From: Amphiscolops sp. MND2022
Lineage: Eukaryota
NCBI GenBank assembly: GCA_964187785.1
Contig: OZ076409.1
Location: 48,982,001 to 49,046,000, forward strand
Reading direction: 5' to 3'
Length of the DNA: 64,000 nt
Each line of letters starts with the position of its first letter. Position 1 is the stretch's first letter. The notes below the pieces were generated by a model. The model did no database searches. It worked only from the letters and a program-made list of their open reading frames with translations, and was not told where the DNA came from. Shown one piece after another: positions 34,656 to 48,853 of the stretch. The position numbers were made by a program, and so were the translations under genes.

Positions 34656-35567
34656 CCTCTCTCAATTGAAAAATGAATTGCAGTTATTGGGGAAGAATTT
34701 GAATTGATCCTTTTATTTGGCAAAACCAAATTGGAAAGAGAAATTGATAGGAAAGATGAAAGTTTACAGAAGAGAATTGTAGATTTTGAAGCGACTGCAT
34801 TTTAGTAGAATTGGAAAAGTTGTGTCTCACCAAATTATCCTAGCTGTCTATAACAATCATGACATCCCTTTTTACGGGCATCACCCTCTGGGAAACACAT
34901 AAATAGAATTACATCACAATAACATCAGTCTATTTATAGTACAAAGGCCCTGGAGGAATGACAATCAAATACGAAATGATAATGTCTAAGAAACCCTAGA
35001 AAAAGTATGGAATTACTTAAGAATGGTATTTGCATGACTAATCAACATTAAGATTCACTACATCATCAGTTTGGAGAGCAACACTGCTAAAAACGCATGT
35101 TGACTAGTATACATTATGCATCGAAACGCATAATACCGCATATAAGCACTTATGCGGAAATGACGCATTTTGACGTATAAGCACTTTCACTCGAAACGTA
35201 TGTTGACGCATGAACGTACTATCTTGAAATGTATGTTACCGCACAATGATCAAGACATATTATTTCCAAAACAGATTGTGAATCACATATTACATAAATC
35301 TCAACTTCATGACTCATCAACTTGATTAACGAACATGAAAAACTAAATCTCAATACAATCTAAGATGTATTAAGTCATCTAAAAGAACAAAATCAACAGA
35401 ACTAACAACTCTACCCGAAATAACCTATTTACATGACATCAATAAAACAGATGAAAAACAAACATAACATGTCATAAACTCAGTTGTGAAACTTCAAGTT
35501 ACTTTCAGTCCTCATTCACCTTTTCAGCGCTGCACTCCGGCTCCCATGCAGGTACTTGGCTGCAACA
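34076..35567 (-). repeat. 5' LTR of element B
   Basis: TGTTG...TCACA on the minus strand, followed directly by PBS TGGTGACAGGAG (34064..34075). Confidence 0.95.
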
Positions 35568-36380
35568 AAAATTAATCTACAAACTTCACTGTGAGAAGTT
35601 AAAAAATGAAACTCACTCAACTAGCTAGATGCTCTAGTGTAGTTGAAACGTTGTCCACTTCCGCTCAACCAATCACTTTCATTCATTTGATTGTTGTACA
35701 ATAGTTCTTTAGAAATGATCAAAAAGAGTTTTTGTTTGACTTTCGAACCTTCCAGTCTCGATTGTGCACCAAGAAATGTCTTCAAATTTTAAAATTCTAG
35801 AGTTGACCAACCACTCTTTGTCTACGAACCACTCACAATTTATGAGATAAACCAATTATTATAGAAAGAACTGTTCAATTTTTGTAATACTCGGATTCAA
35901 GAAGCCACTTTGGCTTGGGCAAAACAATATTGGTAGAAACCTGCGGTAAAACGTTGGAGATATATAACATATTAACAACGTTTTGTCAATAAACAAATCA
36001 ACGTATTTAAATTCGATTGGCTGCACAGCAGCGTGTAGCAGTTATGATGTACTAAAAGATGATCGTTCATTAAATAGGGCATCAAACAGAGTCTGAAAAA
36101 ATATCAATTAACAATTATCAGACGACCGTTTCATATATAGTGGCTCTAATATGTTTATATAATTGCCTGGTCCAACATTCTGTCTTTCGACTGAAAAAAC
36201 CACGTTCCAAAATTTTTTTCAAGGTGTTTCTTCAATTTCACATGCTTCGAAAAATTTCGTTTAAAACATACCACCTTGAATTCGCCCCGTGAATCAAGTT
36301 GGAAGACTCTTTCACAAGTGCTAATCATTCAGAGACAGTTCCATGAAACGTACCAATCTCCAAGTGTCTGAGATCAACTC

Positions 36381-36611
36381 CTAACTGTCATTCAGTAAAG
36401 AAAGCTTTCGTAGTAGGGCGACTGGTCTGTTGAGAAAACTTTTCCTAGTTTTCACTTTTACAACACGTACAAACTTGTCGGGTCCGCTATATCTATACGT
36501 TATTCGACCGAGGGGCCACTGGGGTGGAGCAACATTCTCAACGGTCAAGTATACGAATTCACCTACTCCTATTTTTTCGTTTTCACTTCTCCATTTTAGA
36601 CGTTCTTGCAA
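36381..36611 (-). pseudogene. Bel/Pao retrotransposon integrase C-terminal fragment
   Basis: KW...VGEFV...PPQWPLGRI....GPDKFVRVVKVKT....RPV, typical of the Pao polyprotein C-terminus. Confidence 0.8.
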
Positions 36612-37372
36612 AAAAAACGTACTCGTTTGTCCAAAGCTAAAGCTTACAGAAATTACCTAAAAGAACTTGCAAGAAAAACCAACATTTTGTGTCGAACAGT
36701 TTTTGATGTCACCTGGTACGCTAGATATTTTCATTGGCAAAGATTCTAAGATTCCACCACAGAAAACATGTGCGGGTGTTGGATGTTAGAGATCTTTTAA
36801 ATCTTCTGACAGGACGCCTTTCGGTCTCGAGTTCAAGAAGACCCATTCAATTATTCGATTTGGCAGAACAATTCTGTTATTTTGGGGATCCGGTGTTAAA
36901 TGTTTGGGATCCTTTGGATCTTGTGAGAAGACACCTATTGGTCTTGAGTTCAAGACCTATTCGATTTGGCAGAACAATGTTGTTAGTTCCTCAGAAAAGA
37001 GCACATTGTTCCACGTAGTTCTATTCAAAAGGTTTTTGGCACTTTTTTTGAAGCCTCCCATAGGGCTCCCAATTGTTTCAGTTGTTGATCTTTCTAACTG
37101 TTACACGATTGTTACGTCAGAATGACGGATTAGTATTTTTAGTTACATGACCTGTCATCCTTCTAGGTGCTATGCCCAGTTTAATATAATTAGTTTGTCC
37201 TAAGTCATACGGATCATTCAAAATTATCATCTGACGCTGAAAAATCATCATGCTGTTGAAAATACTGAACTGTTAACCCTTCGTCTGCACACGTACACTT
37301 TGTTGAAAGAAGATATTCATCCATTAGTCAAAAGAAATACACTGATCAAATTGAATATCCGTTCGCAATTTT

Positions 37373-38060
37373 TTATACTGGGAAGCAGAAAGCTAGAGAA
37401 ATGAGATCACGCCAATCCGACATGTTTTCCAACTTAGAGGACATGAAGGTAATGTTACGGTAGTACGGCACGAGTGACTTTGAAAACAATTCTTCAGCAA
37501 GAAATTCAGACGCGGACCTATTGTCCAAGTAGCCACACCAAGGGAGTAACTCTAATAGAGAGGAATTTAGGTCTATGGTAAATTGACATGATGTGGAAAA
37601 TAGTGAAAAAGCATTGGAAGCATTAGAACATGCTAGTACTTTTACGGAAGATTTGAACAACCAAATCAACCGTACGCTAGAAGAAATGAAAAAGGCAATA
37701 TAAACAGATTATTAGAGCTGTAACTGAGAGATACTTGCACTTGTAGAGAACCTGGAGGTTGTGTTTAGGTCACTGCAAAGTCTAAAGGCATGTCTCAGAC
37801 GTGTAAAAGCGTGTTCATGCCACGTGATGCCATACTTAGCAGCTCCATTGTAATTTCGACTGTTTCCTGATTTTGTGAATTCATCAAAAGTTGCACTGAA
37901 CGTTTTTTACGAAGGCGCATCATAGGTCCATACTCTTCAATCTTATTCAGATTTTTAAGTAGTGAGAAATACCTGTCTTTAGGAAACCAATAGGATACCA
38001 ACCAATGGGATGCCATTCCAAAATTAACGGATGTTCCGCAATCAATTGTAATTGCGCAAT
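37373..38060 (-). CDS. Possible further divergent TRPM-like exons (boundaries not resolved)
   Basis: Segments FGMASHWLV, LLSMASRGMNTLLHV and NITFMSSKLENMSDWRDLISLAF loosely follow the TRPM N-terminal motif order downstream of the 38.7-kb exon. Confidence 0.3.
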
Positions 38061-38632
38061 TAATGGTAGCGGAATAAATAGATCTTAAATGATGAATTTG
38101 CTTGTGAATTACCCACTGCAGTAAAAAATGTCAAGTACTCATTGGAATGAAGAAGGAGTTGTTTTGAAAGCATGCATTATTCGGAATATTATTGTATGCT
38201 AAAGCTACACTTTGCAACGTCACAAGAGATTATCGAAGCTTATAAAGGTTTCTAATTTTGCCAATCCTAAAATGAAATCACCCTTGAAGGCAACAAACAT
38301 CTCACGAATAAATGCCATTTACCTCCATGAACAAGACCTGTGAAAAATGTTCAATAATAAATAAAAAGGTGTCAGTTGTTTTTTCAGGCGAGAATTAGAC
38401 AAACAAGTTTCGTCAAATAAAACATATTGATCGATGGAATCAATAAAAATTTTATTTACATCATTTTCCTAGACAATTAATTAGGATCCCGATGATGACT
38501 AAAGGTCTGGACATTTAAAAACATGAAATAACCAGAAATAAATAAAAAATGAAATGGTTTTTTTTCCAATGAAAATTACTAAGCGAGCGTCACTTTTGTG
38601 ACATCAGAAATGGGTCAATGACCTGAACTGAC

Positions 38633-38836
38633 CTTTCATGCACTCAGTGATGACCTCGTCGACGCCGTGGAGAGTGCCTGAACCTAGGATCCATGCCTTG
38701 CAGTTAGAGAGGGCCCTGCAGAATCCGTATTTGAAGTTTTTGAACTGCGAGGGCTGGATGGGAAACTTGTCAGCTGTCCCTATTACTGACACTATCAGCT
38801 CCGGTAGGTCGACCTTCCATGTTTTCACCAACAAAT
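38633..38836 (-). CDS. TRPM: Exon of a host TRPM-like channel gene (MHR1/2, SLOG-like region)
   Basis: LLVKTWKVDLPELIVSVIG...FKYGFCRAL...AWILGSG..GV; polypyrimidine-CAG acceptor and AG|GTCAGT donor. Confidence 0.8.
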
Positions 38837-40024
38837 CTGGAATTGAGAAATTGATGGAGGAAGTAATCAGTTTATGCATTGATAAATTCTGTGTTTATGA
38901 ATGTTTGTTGAGAATGATTCCAATTTAAATGGAAAAGAGTGATTCCAATGAAACTGGAAAACGAACATGTTCAGTATGTTAATGTATAAAAGACTATAAG
39001 ACTCATAGCAATTGCATTAAAGATTACATTTTCTCCAGCAATTTTCTGAAATGAACCCACGAAGAAAAAAACATTGACAGGTGTTGTGTTGGACACAATT
39101 TTCTGATTCCATGAGATTTTGAACGTTTAAAACAGAAAAGTTTTTCACTGTTCGTCAAATATAAAATGAAAAAGTAGACTTCAGACCAACTTTGATTGCT
39201 ATTTACCTTAACAAAAGTGTGGCTAAAACTTTTCTGTTTTCATGTTTGCGAGAACAATTCTGAAACAATTTTGGAAGAATCAAAACCCAGCATTCGAAAA
39301 AAGTTTTTCATCAATGGGAAAACCTTTTTGAGAATTTCGTTAGAAAAGCCCGATGAAAAATGCAGAACTTTCTCACCATCGTCGGTATATGAAATTTGCA
39401 CTCGATATCTTGAACATTTTGCATGTTCTTTGAAGTTGCCACCAACTTTTATTATGAAATTCTCAAACCCTCTAAGAAATTTTCGTGCAAAATTATTTCC
39501 CTCTTTTATTAGACTTTTATCAAGCTACTTGAAAGCAATATCCTAAAGTTGGCGGCAACTTCAAGCGTTGAATATTTTCAGGTTTCATCAAGAAACAGTC
39601 TATTTTGGAGTGCTAAGACGTTATCATTTTTATTGTCATCTTGATGCAAAATAACTTTAGTTCACGTTATAACCTACAATCTAGCGTCATCTGTAGCGTG
39701 CTATTCAAGGAGCAGTGATCACATCCGGTCAGCAGTTGAACAGTCAAAGTGTGAAAACAACGCTGTAGCGAAATGGGAAAACATTTTCGGTTTTTCACCT
39801 TTAAAAACTCAATTTGAAGCTTTGAACCTTGAAATTTAAGAAAAGTGCATTCAATTTGAAATTCAGCTGACCAGCTGAAAACTAAAAATCAATTTGAATT
39901 GAGGGATTTCATTTTGAAAAGAGTGAATAGTAACCAAAAGAAGTGAATAGAAACCAAAATAAGTCAATTTGAACTTTGTAAATTCAATTTGAATGTTTAG
40001 ATTAGCCTTCAATATCGTCTCTTG

Positions 40025-41014
40025 CTAGCAATCGGAAACGTAAGACCTGGTGTGGCTGTACCATGAAATGCATTCGGTTTCGATGATTTCACAAACTGTG
40101 GCTTCTATAATGCTATAACACTGCTGAAAAGACCGGCCTCCAACATCAAATTCAGTAGGATTTTGAAAACCATCCATTCTTTCAGCCAAGTTTCGCTTTA
40201 TTGCACTCTTCCAGCACGAAATCGCAGGTTCCACTAAAGATAGAAAAGGACTGTAATTTGGGAGCCTCTTGATTTCCAAAATTCATTACCTAAACTCTGC
40301 GGTGGCCCGGAGCATTGTCGAAATTTCAAAATCCTGTGGCATCTTCTTCCTCATCAAGGAAAATGTTACAACAAAAAACTTGCAAAAAAAATTGGAATGA
40401 GCGTTTTTTCATGCCTAGCTGTAAACTTTATAAGGAAGACTATCTCCACGTGTTGATACAGCGCAACACACATTGATATTGACTCCACCTTGGCCTGAAA
40501 CTTTTTAAAAGGCTCTCAGTTTTACATTTGCGCGCCCTTGAGTTTTTCGGGTGTATATATTGCATCCATATTCATCGATGTAAATTTTGTTGCATTTACA
40601 ATCTCTTCACTTATGAGCCACTGAACAAATTCGTGCCTTCCATCATTAGTCGACGATGAATTTCTCTCTGCTGGACGTTCCCTTGCAATTTTTACAGTAA
40701 TCAATTGCCCTTTCATAGCACTGGACGAAGGTTGCTGAATGAAGATTGGTTTTTCCGATAGATGTGCTCGGAGTAGTAATTTCATGTGTTTCAGAGTAAG
40801 AATTGGGTTTCCTTCCAAGAGCTCAACAGCCTTGCAAACAATTTCATTGTCAACTTTTCATGCAATTGCTCCTCCTTTGGCCAGTTTGAACACACGACAT
40901 GTTTTTGCAATGTTGTACGCGGTACCTGCATTGATTTTCACAGAACTTTTGCTACAGACGAAGAGTCCTTTCAAGTTTTGTGGGCGTCTAAGAATTGCTT
41001 CCGGGCTGTTTCAT
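40025..41014 (-). pseudogene. Degenerate IS630/Tc1-mariner transposase
   Basis: Fragments YIDEYG (~40575), DNAPGH (~40310) and LPNYSPFLSLVE, interrupted by frameshifts. Confidence 0.75.
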
Positions 41015-43452
41015 AAACTCATTTGTACGATCCACGAAAAAAAAATTTCAATCAAAACGTGCGATAATTCTTGTCTGTTCAGAATGGTTTTCCAACGTTA
41101 AAAATGATTTCTGTTTCAGAATGAGATTTACTTCCGTTTCGCAGATGATCAAATTTAAAGTTCGGAATACAAAATGTTGTCAGGAAACTGGCAGTTTCAA
41201 AAAAGATTACTTTTGTTAACTAAATTTAAAAAAAATTTAATTTTCCAAAACGCGAAAACGAAACTTGAAAGGTGTAATTTCAATAGTGGAAATTGCAGTG
41301 TATTTCTGCAACAATCAACACTGAAAGCTGTGCCCCGCAATAGTTGATAAAACTGTACCCCGCAATCAGGCCTGGAGTCAGTAAAACGTTCCAGCAGTCT
41401 GGAGGGACGTGACGAAAGTCTAGTTTTTCATCAATTTTTTTCGGCTTAAGTGTCCAAGTCGTATTCAAAAAATAGTGTTCGACTTGAAACCACAATGCTC
41501 ATCTGTTATGCAGTACGCATGATTGAAATAATCACTGAAAATTGACGCTGCTACCTACATAACATAAGTCAGTATCAAATGCAGGAAAAACTAAATGAAC
41601 GAAGTGATGCAGTCACCTAAACAACGTCAGTAAACCAAAAATTTGAATGAATACCATGAAATACAAAAACTTGAAGAAGTGATGCTGTCACACACAACAC
41701 CACATGATCAAAAAAGAGAATGAGCGAAATGAAATTCAAGAAGTCGAATATGACACAGTTAAACACATCTCATCATGAAAATGAACTCAAACATTTTACA
41801 TGATGTACTTTCAATATAATAATACCAATAATCAGGTAGGTAACGCAACCATGTTTCATACATTCATATTGCATTTACGTGAAGTAATCTTTTTCCTTTT
41901 CCCAGTATTTCAATAGTATCAAGCTCAATTTCAATGTGGTCATAATGAGTGCATTACTCATATACTAAAAAGTATCTGATAGTTTTGATTACAACATTAT
42001 AGTACGTACAACTATTCAGTTCATGGTAGACAGTCTCTATTAGTTAGTCATTCATGTAAAGATGGTAACGCACCATCACCGCACTCGTAACATAAGACGC
42101 AAACTGTGCCACCAGATACGAGGTGCTAATTAACACCAACTCACAAACGTCACATGGTTGGCTGATGATGTCACGTGACCAGCATTGGTATACTCAGTAA
42201 CAGGTGTTATCGCTCACCCATTAACTTTTGCTTCCTTGTTACGTACAGTTGCTACCTAAATCGGTAAAAGATTAGCAATTTAACACTCAAATTTCACTTC
42301 AGTAATCAATTCAAATTGAACATGACCATTCGTCTTTATGGTTTTGACTAGATCACAAAGTGCCAAAAACAACCAACTCGAATCGATAGGTATGGAACTC
42401 CTTAATTACACCGAAAGTGAAACTAGTTTCCCAGATTGTAATTCACGTAGTGCCTCTAATAACGTTGAGAGAGCGAACTTGTTCGATGGAGAGAGACCAC
42501 GAAAGGATCAGAAATGATCAGAGATTTTATAAAATGAATAACCGGATTAGGTAGTTAACATCGATAGTTAAAGCTCCGGCGAACTAAATGGGAAGCGAAC
42601 ACACAAGACGTTGTTACCCGTGACACCATGTTTGATTTTGACATGGTGACAGGAGTCACAACAACTCACCAGACGAACCCGGACGACCACCACCCACTAG
42701 GTACCCACAATCATCTATCCATCACATCGAAGACATTATGACCGACATTCATCATCTGAGAGAATCAATGAGCGACAATGTCACCCAACCAAAGATACTG
42801 CAGCCATAGGTACCACACTTTCGGGGTACCAGTTAAAAGTATAACGAGCTCGAGCATCTTCTATCGAACCACCTCCGACCCCACCAACACCGACTGACGG
42901 AAAAACAGAAATTGACATACTTCCAGAGCTTTTTGCGCTATGAGGCCATTGAATTCTGGCAAGCACACAAGATCAACACACAGACAACTTTTTCACAAGT
43001 ACTCAGGTATTTCAAAAAAGAGTATGCCATTGAGGACCTAAACGAAGTCGCCAATTATAAATTCGACAAAATGCGATACGATCCCACTATAGAGACGTTC
43101 AACGACTTCCTTAACAAGTTCAAAAAGGCGCCAAAGCAAGCATTCGGTGGCTGGTCAGTAGTCAAAACAGAGACGTTCCTCTTCGCAAAGCTTCCGGGAC
43201 AGATGCAAAATGAACTAGCAGTAGCGGGAAATCACGATGCTTCAATCGAGGAAATCAAGAGGGTTGCGCAGAGACGATGACAGTTTGCGCAATTGATGCC
43301 AACCACATCCAACGCACAACCCTTCAACCAAATCAGAGTGCAACAACCCTCGAACCAAACAACCTTCAGTACTAACAGTCAGCCGCAGCCAATTCGAAAA
43401 AAAAATACGCAAGTTCGATGATCAATTCCGTCACTGTGGCATCCATGGACAC

Positions 43453-43953
43453 CGTGTCAAAGTGAAAAATGTCAAACGTCAACCTAATTACCGACTGCAA
43501 TTACAATGTGAAGCGTTTTTGTTAAATAAGAAAGCCAATACGATGTATCGTTTCCTTGGTGTAAAGTAGCCAAACTTTGATCACTTTCCCCTTTTAAAAT
43601 GAATGGTATTTCTAAGTACTCGAAAAGTGGATTCTAGTCAAACATTGACTAATTTACGTGGTAGATAGCTCTAAGTGCTCGAAAAGTGAATTCTAGTCAA
43701 ACATTGACTAATTTACGCTTTATACACGTTACGGAATTGAGCCAATTGTAGGTTGAAATTCTTGACTGGTTTCCACTTTTCTCTAATTACGCTCAATGAC
43801 CAAAATCCGCAATTTCTGATTACACTGTGCATCAAAATTCACGATGAACACACTACTCTGTTTGACTAGAATACGGTTCGTTCTCGTTTTACGGAAAATA
43901 CACTTTACACTTGATGATAAAATCCACTTTTGCGGCATATGTAGCGTAATGAA
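43453..43953. mobile_element. Unclassified ~500-bp insertion splitting the first zinc knuckle of element C gag
   Basis: Gag reads ...CGIHGH before and KWAE.. after; the insert has an internal ~48-bp duplication; ends approximate. Confidence 0.55.
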
Positions 43954-45101
43954 AAATGGGCTGAGGGCATAAAACGTCTTCGAGAGAAGAACAACAGAAT
44001 CAACAAACCAGAATCAACAGCAAACAACTGCACCGATCCAAAACCAAGACATTAAACCGAAATACAACAGCAAACTCGTCTGCCAGATATGTGGCAAGGT
44101 AGGACACTCTGCATGTGATTGCTACTACAGGAACCAAACCACGTCAGCCTACCGAAATGTTCCATACACCGAACAATCTGCGGACAAAAACACAAGTAGT
44201 TCCGTCGGCGCTTTCGACAAGCAAACATTAGGACTTACACAACAAACGAACTGTCCCACCCATACCACAAGAATGACGAGACAGAAGAAGCAGAGGAGAT
44301 GGAGCGATACGGAGACGTGGAAGAATTAAAAAACTTGTGAAGTCACGTCATCCTCCTCAAAAACCAAAATGTGCGCAAAGAAACAACAGCTAACTAACTG
44401 CGACTCACCACAACGTTTATACTGACAACTCAACGGACCCGTTCACCTACTTACTCTAAAGAGACAACGAACTACGTCATAACTCGACACTCTAGTGAGA
44501 ACTACACAATTCGACCCAAAACGAAACTGGGTGAGACCAAAATTCTTGAGAACGGAGTGACCCTTGTAAATCCCTCCCCAGTTGAACCCACTCTAGAACC
44601 TACCGAACCGCAACAATCAAAGGTAAAGAATGCGTCTAAAACAAAACATTACAAAATCCGCCATCGAAGAGCCACTCAACAACTCAACAAGAATGACAAG
44701 AAAGACCGGATGCTGTACGTCCCTCTTCAGTTCCGCAGCTATGGAAATTTCGATCTTCTCGACACCGGCGCGATACCGAGAGCCCTCTCAAAAGCCGAAT
44801 TGCGACGATTCCTCACAGTTCACCCTACAGCCCTCCTGGAGGAACTACCCGCTCCAGACTTCAAGGTGCTCCAGACAAATTGCTAATGACAACATAGTAC
44901 CATTGCCGAAACAAGTTTTTTTTCCATTTCTTCATCGGGGGCAAAATGTTTCAAGAAACCTTCATGTTACTACCTACAATGAGTAACGTCCTTAAAAGCA
45001 GATCGTTTTTCAAGAAATATTCCGTAACTCTGAACCTAGCCATGAACATTGTCAAATTCCCGGACATAACCCTTCAAGTCCACCCTATGAACAAGCAGTT
45101 T

Positions 45102-45604
45102 AACAAGACGGGAACGTCTAAAGTCAGCGCTATATCTGTGGCTCAAAAAGCGCAAAAGACTTTTTTGAAGAAAAAACTTGAAATTTTTTGTAGTTTTTTT
45201 CTTTCAGAAAATGTCGCATAGTGCCGAAAAATGTAAAAGGGAAGACTCTTTGGGCTTTTTTAACAAATATTCTAGTGCAAAATATCAAAAAACTCGAAAG
45301 GGGGACACTTTTGATACATCAAAAAACTTTTGAAAAAAAAGTCGCACATTGCAGAAAAAAAATCGAAAGGGGGGACCCTTTAGTCTCGTCCGGTGTTGTA
45401 GGCTACGGTAAAATAGTAAAAGGTGAAAGGGGACACTTTTGCACTAATTTTCGCTGACCGGCCTTATGGTAGTAGTTTTAGTAGTTTCGATTGTAAGAAA
45501 AGTGGCCCAATCAGAGTGAGATTGTAGTCTGACGAAAAAAAAAGAAAAAAAACTAGCCACTGTAAGTGTCGGGCACTTTTCACAAGAAAAGCGGGGACTA
45601 AAAA
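45102..45604 (+). mobile_element. Non-autonomous repeat (HINE/DINE-like) inserted in element C pol
   Basis: Interrupts pol homology; starts ...AAGTCAGCGC and ends with an imperfect hairpin plus GACTAAAAA, like 53610..54968. Confidence 0.55.
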
Positions 45605-47848
45605 CAAATTGACGGAATTGATGACGACGCAGAATACGTTGATACAACCAAATCAACAATTGACCTTACCAGTTATCATCCAACGAGACATTGTGCGACA
45701 TCACCAGCACCGTTGAAGGCCTGCCTGCTTTCGATTGAAAATCTCTTCACCTGGTGTCACCTGCACTGAAGGAGATCCACGAAGGACGAACGCATGTCCA
45801 AATTACCAACACATTAGATTACGCAGTACGGATGACTGAAATCATCACTGACAATCGACGCTGCTACCTACATAATATAAAGCAGTATCCAATGCGAGAA
45901 AAACTGAATGAACGAAGTGATGCAGTCACCCACACAACGTCTTTAGACCGGAAATACGAATGAATACCATGAAATACACGAAATTGAAGAAGTGATGTTA
46001 TCACGCACGCGACATCTCTTGATCAAAAAGAAGAATGAGCGAAATGAAATGCACGCACACCTCATCATAAAAATAAACTTAAACATTTTACATGAACTTT
46101 CAGTAGATCAATACCAATAATCAGTCAGCTAACGCAACCATATTTCATACATTCAATAGAGCTTTACGTGAAGGAATCTTTTTTTCCCAGTAATTCAATA
46201 GTTCCAAGCTCAAGTTCACTGTGGTCATAAGGAGTGCTTTAATCATATACTAAAAAGTATCTGATAGTTTCGATTACAACATTATAGTACGTACAACTAT
46301 TCAGTTCATGGTAGACAGTCTCTTTTTAGTTAGTCGTTCATGTAGCGATGGTAATGCACCATCACCGCACTCGTAACATTAGACGCAAACTGCGCTACCA
46401 GATACGAGGTGCTAATTAACACCAACTCAACAACGTCACATGGTTGGCTGATGCTGTCACGTGACCAGCATTGGTATACTCAGTAACAGGTGTTATCGCG
46501 CACCCATTAACTTTTGCTTTCTTGTTACGTACAGTTGCTACCTAAATTGGTAAAATATTAGCAATTTAACACTCCAATTTCACTTCAGTATTCAATTCAA
46601 TTTGAACATAACCATTCGTCTTTATGGTTTTGACTAGATCACAAACTGCCAAAAATAACCAACTCGAATCGATAGATATGGATTATCTTAGTGACACCGA
46701 AAGTGAAACTAGTTTCCCAGATTGTAATTCACGTAGAGCCTCTAACAACGTTGAGAGAGCGAACTTGTTTGACGGAGAGGGACCACGAAAGGATCAGATA
46801 TTATCATTGATTTATAGAAATTAATAACCAGATTAGAAAGTTAGCCTCGATAGTTAAAGCTCTAGCAAACCACATTACTTCTACTAATTCGAAAAATGAG
46901 CGGAATACCCCTTCGAACACACAAGACGTTGTTAACCACGACACACTGTGTGATATAGATACCATCATCCTTTTGTTGTACTTATCTTTGATTGTACTCA
47001 ATTTCGAGATGGTTTTCATTCGTTCTTTGCATAACAAATACTGAAACTAAATCCACAACCCATTTTAATGTAATTATTTTCAACTTAAGTATCGATGATT
47101 TAAGAACTGGCATTGATCAGGGGGGTTCAAAACTCTCCGAGAGAATTCAGTGAGTAATGCTCAACAAATGATCCAATGTCAAAAACTGAAGCAGGTTTTA
47201 AACCTGGAATTCAAAAAGGTACTTATCACAAACCTAAGTCAAGAATACCTAACTTTTTTGCAAGTCGCAAACTTCAGTATTTTCAGTCAGTTACTGTGTC
47301 AGACCACAAAATGTCAGACCATTGGTCCATTTTCACTAGACTTTTCTCCTGAACACCAAAAAAATATGAAGTGTCACTCTGAAACTTTTTGCAGATACTT
47401 TTTCACATGAATTACGAAGTTGCGAAAGACCTTTGGTTTTGACATCGTGTGATGTTTTCAGATTTTTTGGTGACCACTTTTGAACATATTTGAGAACTTA
47501 TCAAGGTGCCGCCTTCAGACGTTCCTGCCTTCTTTTTTGAAATTCTCTGCACCAACTGTAGTCGTTAATGGAAATATTTAAATCATCGTTTTGAGCAAAA
47601 AGTAATTTACTTTTTTTGCCCATCATCCACTAACCTAGAAAATATTCAAGCAGTTTTGATTGGCGAATAAGTCCAAGAGTATACATAAAAACCCAGTTTT
47701 AAAATTTTTAAAATCTGAAAAAAAACTGATTGAAAAATGAAATTATGCAACGACATTACCAACTTTTTAGTCGGTGCGATATGGGATAGATACCGACTAC
47801 TTTGACGACTTTTTGTCTTTTTCAATTTGGTATACTTATAAGTATATA

Positions 47849-48853
47849 CCCGGGTTGGCCCTCTTACTAGCATCTTGGCTGTCTTGGCAAGATCTTGCCA
47901 AATTCTTACTACATCTTGGCAACCATGGATCCCATGGCAAGATTCCTATTAAGATCTTACTAAGATAATACTTATTCCAAGATCGTATCTTATCACGAAA
48001 GACAAAATTTTAAGATTATAAAAAAACTATACCTTCGGTACAAGCAGCCGAGACTCAATCTAAAGGCTCATTTCACCCAACAACGACTATTTCTACTCGT
48101 TTTCATAATCAAAATGCTTAAACGTGCTGAAAAAATTTTGCATGCAAAAATGCGTGGAAAATTACGATAACCTCCGAAATTTTGACGAAAATCCTAATAA
48201 CTCCTCACCTGTTTCAATCTGAAAAATGCCGAATGTACCAAATGAAAGGTCATTTCAAGGGCTTTCCAAAACTTGTAATTTATCACTCCTGTCGATTCCA
48301 GAGGGGGAGAAATATGCTCTCAAACGTCCAGACCCACTATCGGAAAGTTACAAAGGAAAGACCTTGAAATCCTGAAATTTTTGTAAAAATCATATTTCCA
48401 GCTCTCTTTGAGCCTGTTTCGCAGCTTTATCACTGTTAGAAGCGGCGGTCATTGCTCTAATTTGGGTAATGATTCCGCTCAAGGCTTTTCTGACGCCGTT
48501 GCTGGCGACAGTTTTGCAATTGAAAGAACAATATCGATATCGAAATGGTTGTAAAAATCATTCAGTAATTTTGTTTTGAGTGATGTCTAGATTATTTTTC
48601 CATAACTCTTAATTTAATGGTTTTCTGATTCTACTTTTTCTTGATATCGAGCAGTTCGTAGCAATTTTTTTCTTGCCATATTGGGCTTCTTAGTAAGATT
48701 TTTCTTGGAAACATGGCTCTCTTGATAAGATTTTACCATGGCATCTTGCAATTCTTGGCAATATCTTGTCACGATCTTAGCTAAGATTTTTCCAAGATCT
48801 TGGCAAGATCTTGCCAAGATCTTACTAAGATATCCATGGAGGGTCGACCCGGG
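47849..48853. mobile_element. MITE with CCCGGGTYGRCCCTC TIRs (CMC/EnSpm-like)
   Basis: Terminal inverted repeats, subterminal ATCTTGGCAAGATCTTGCCAA repeats, TA on both flanks. Confidence 0.75.

Larger units (their letters stand above)
19819..35567 (-). mobile_element. Ty3/Gypsy LTR retrotransposon B (15,749 bp)
   Basis: LTRs 19819..21309 and 34076..35567 differ by about 5 substitutions and 1 indel; TG...CA ends; flanks AAAGT / AAAAT form an imperfect 5-bp TSD; intact gag and pol. Confidence 0.96.
41504..46961 (+). mobile_element. Decayed, internally deleted Gypsy element C of the same lineage as A and B
   Basis: Diverged LTRs ~41504..42643 and ~45817..46961; PBS TGGTGACAGGAG at 42644; flanks TCATC / CCATC. 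Gag remnants (42912..43280, CQICGKVGHSACDC), slippery A AAA AAC at 44328, protease LLDTGA; RT and IN are missing. Confidence 0.88.

Noticed and set aside
37795..38016. env-like glycoprotein suggested by the RKKR furin-like site
   Set aside because: Lies upstream of the Pao integrase, has no TM or signal features, and fits better as exons of the TRPM-like gene.
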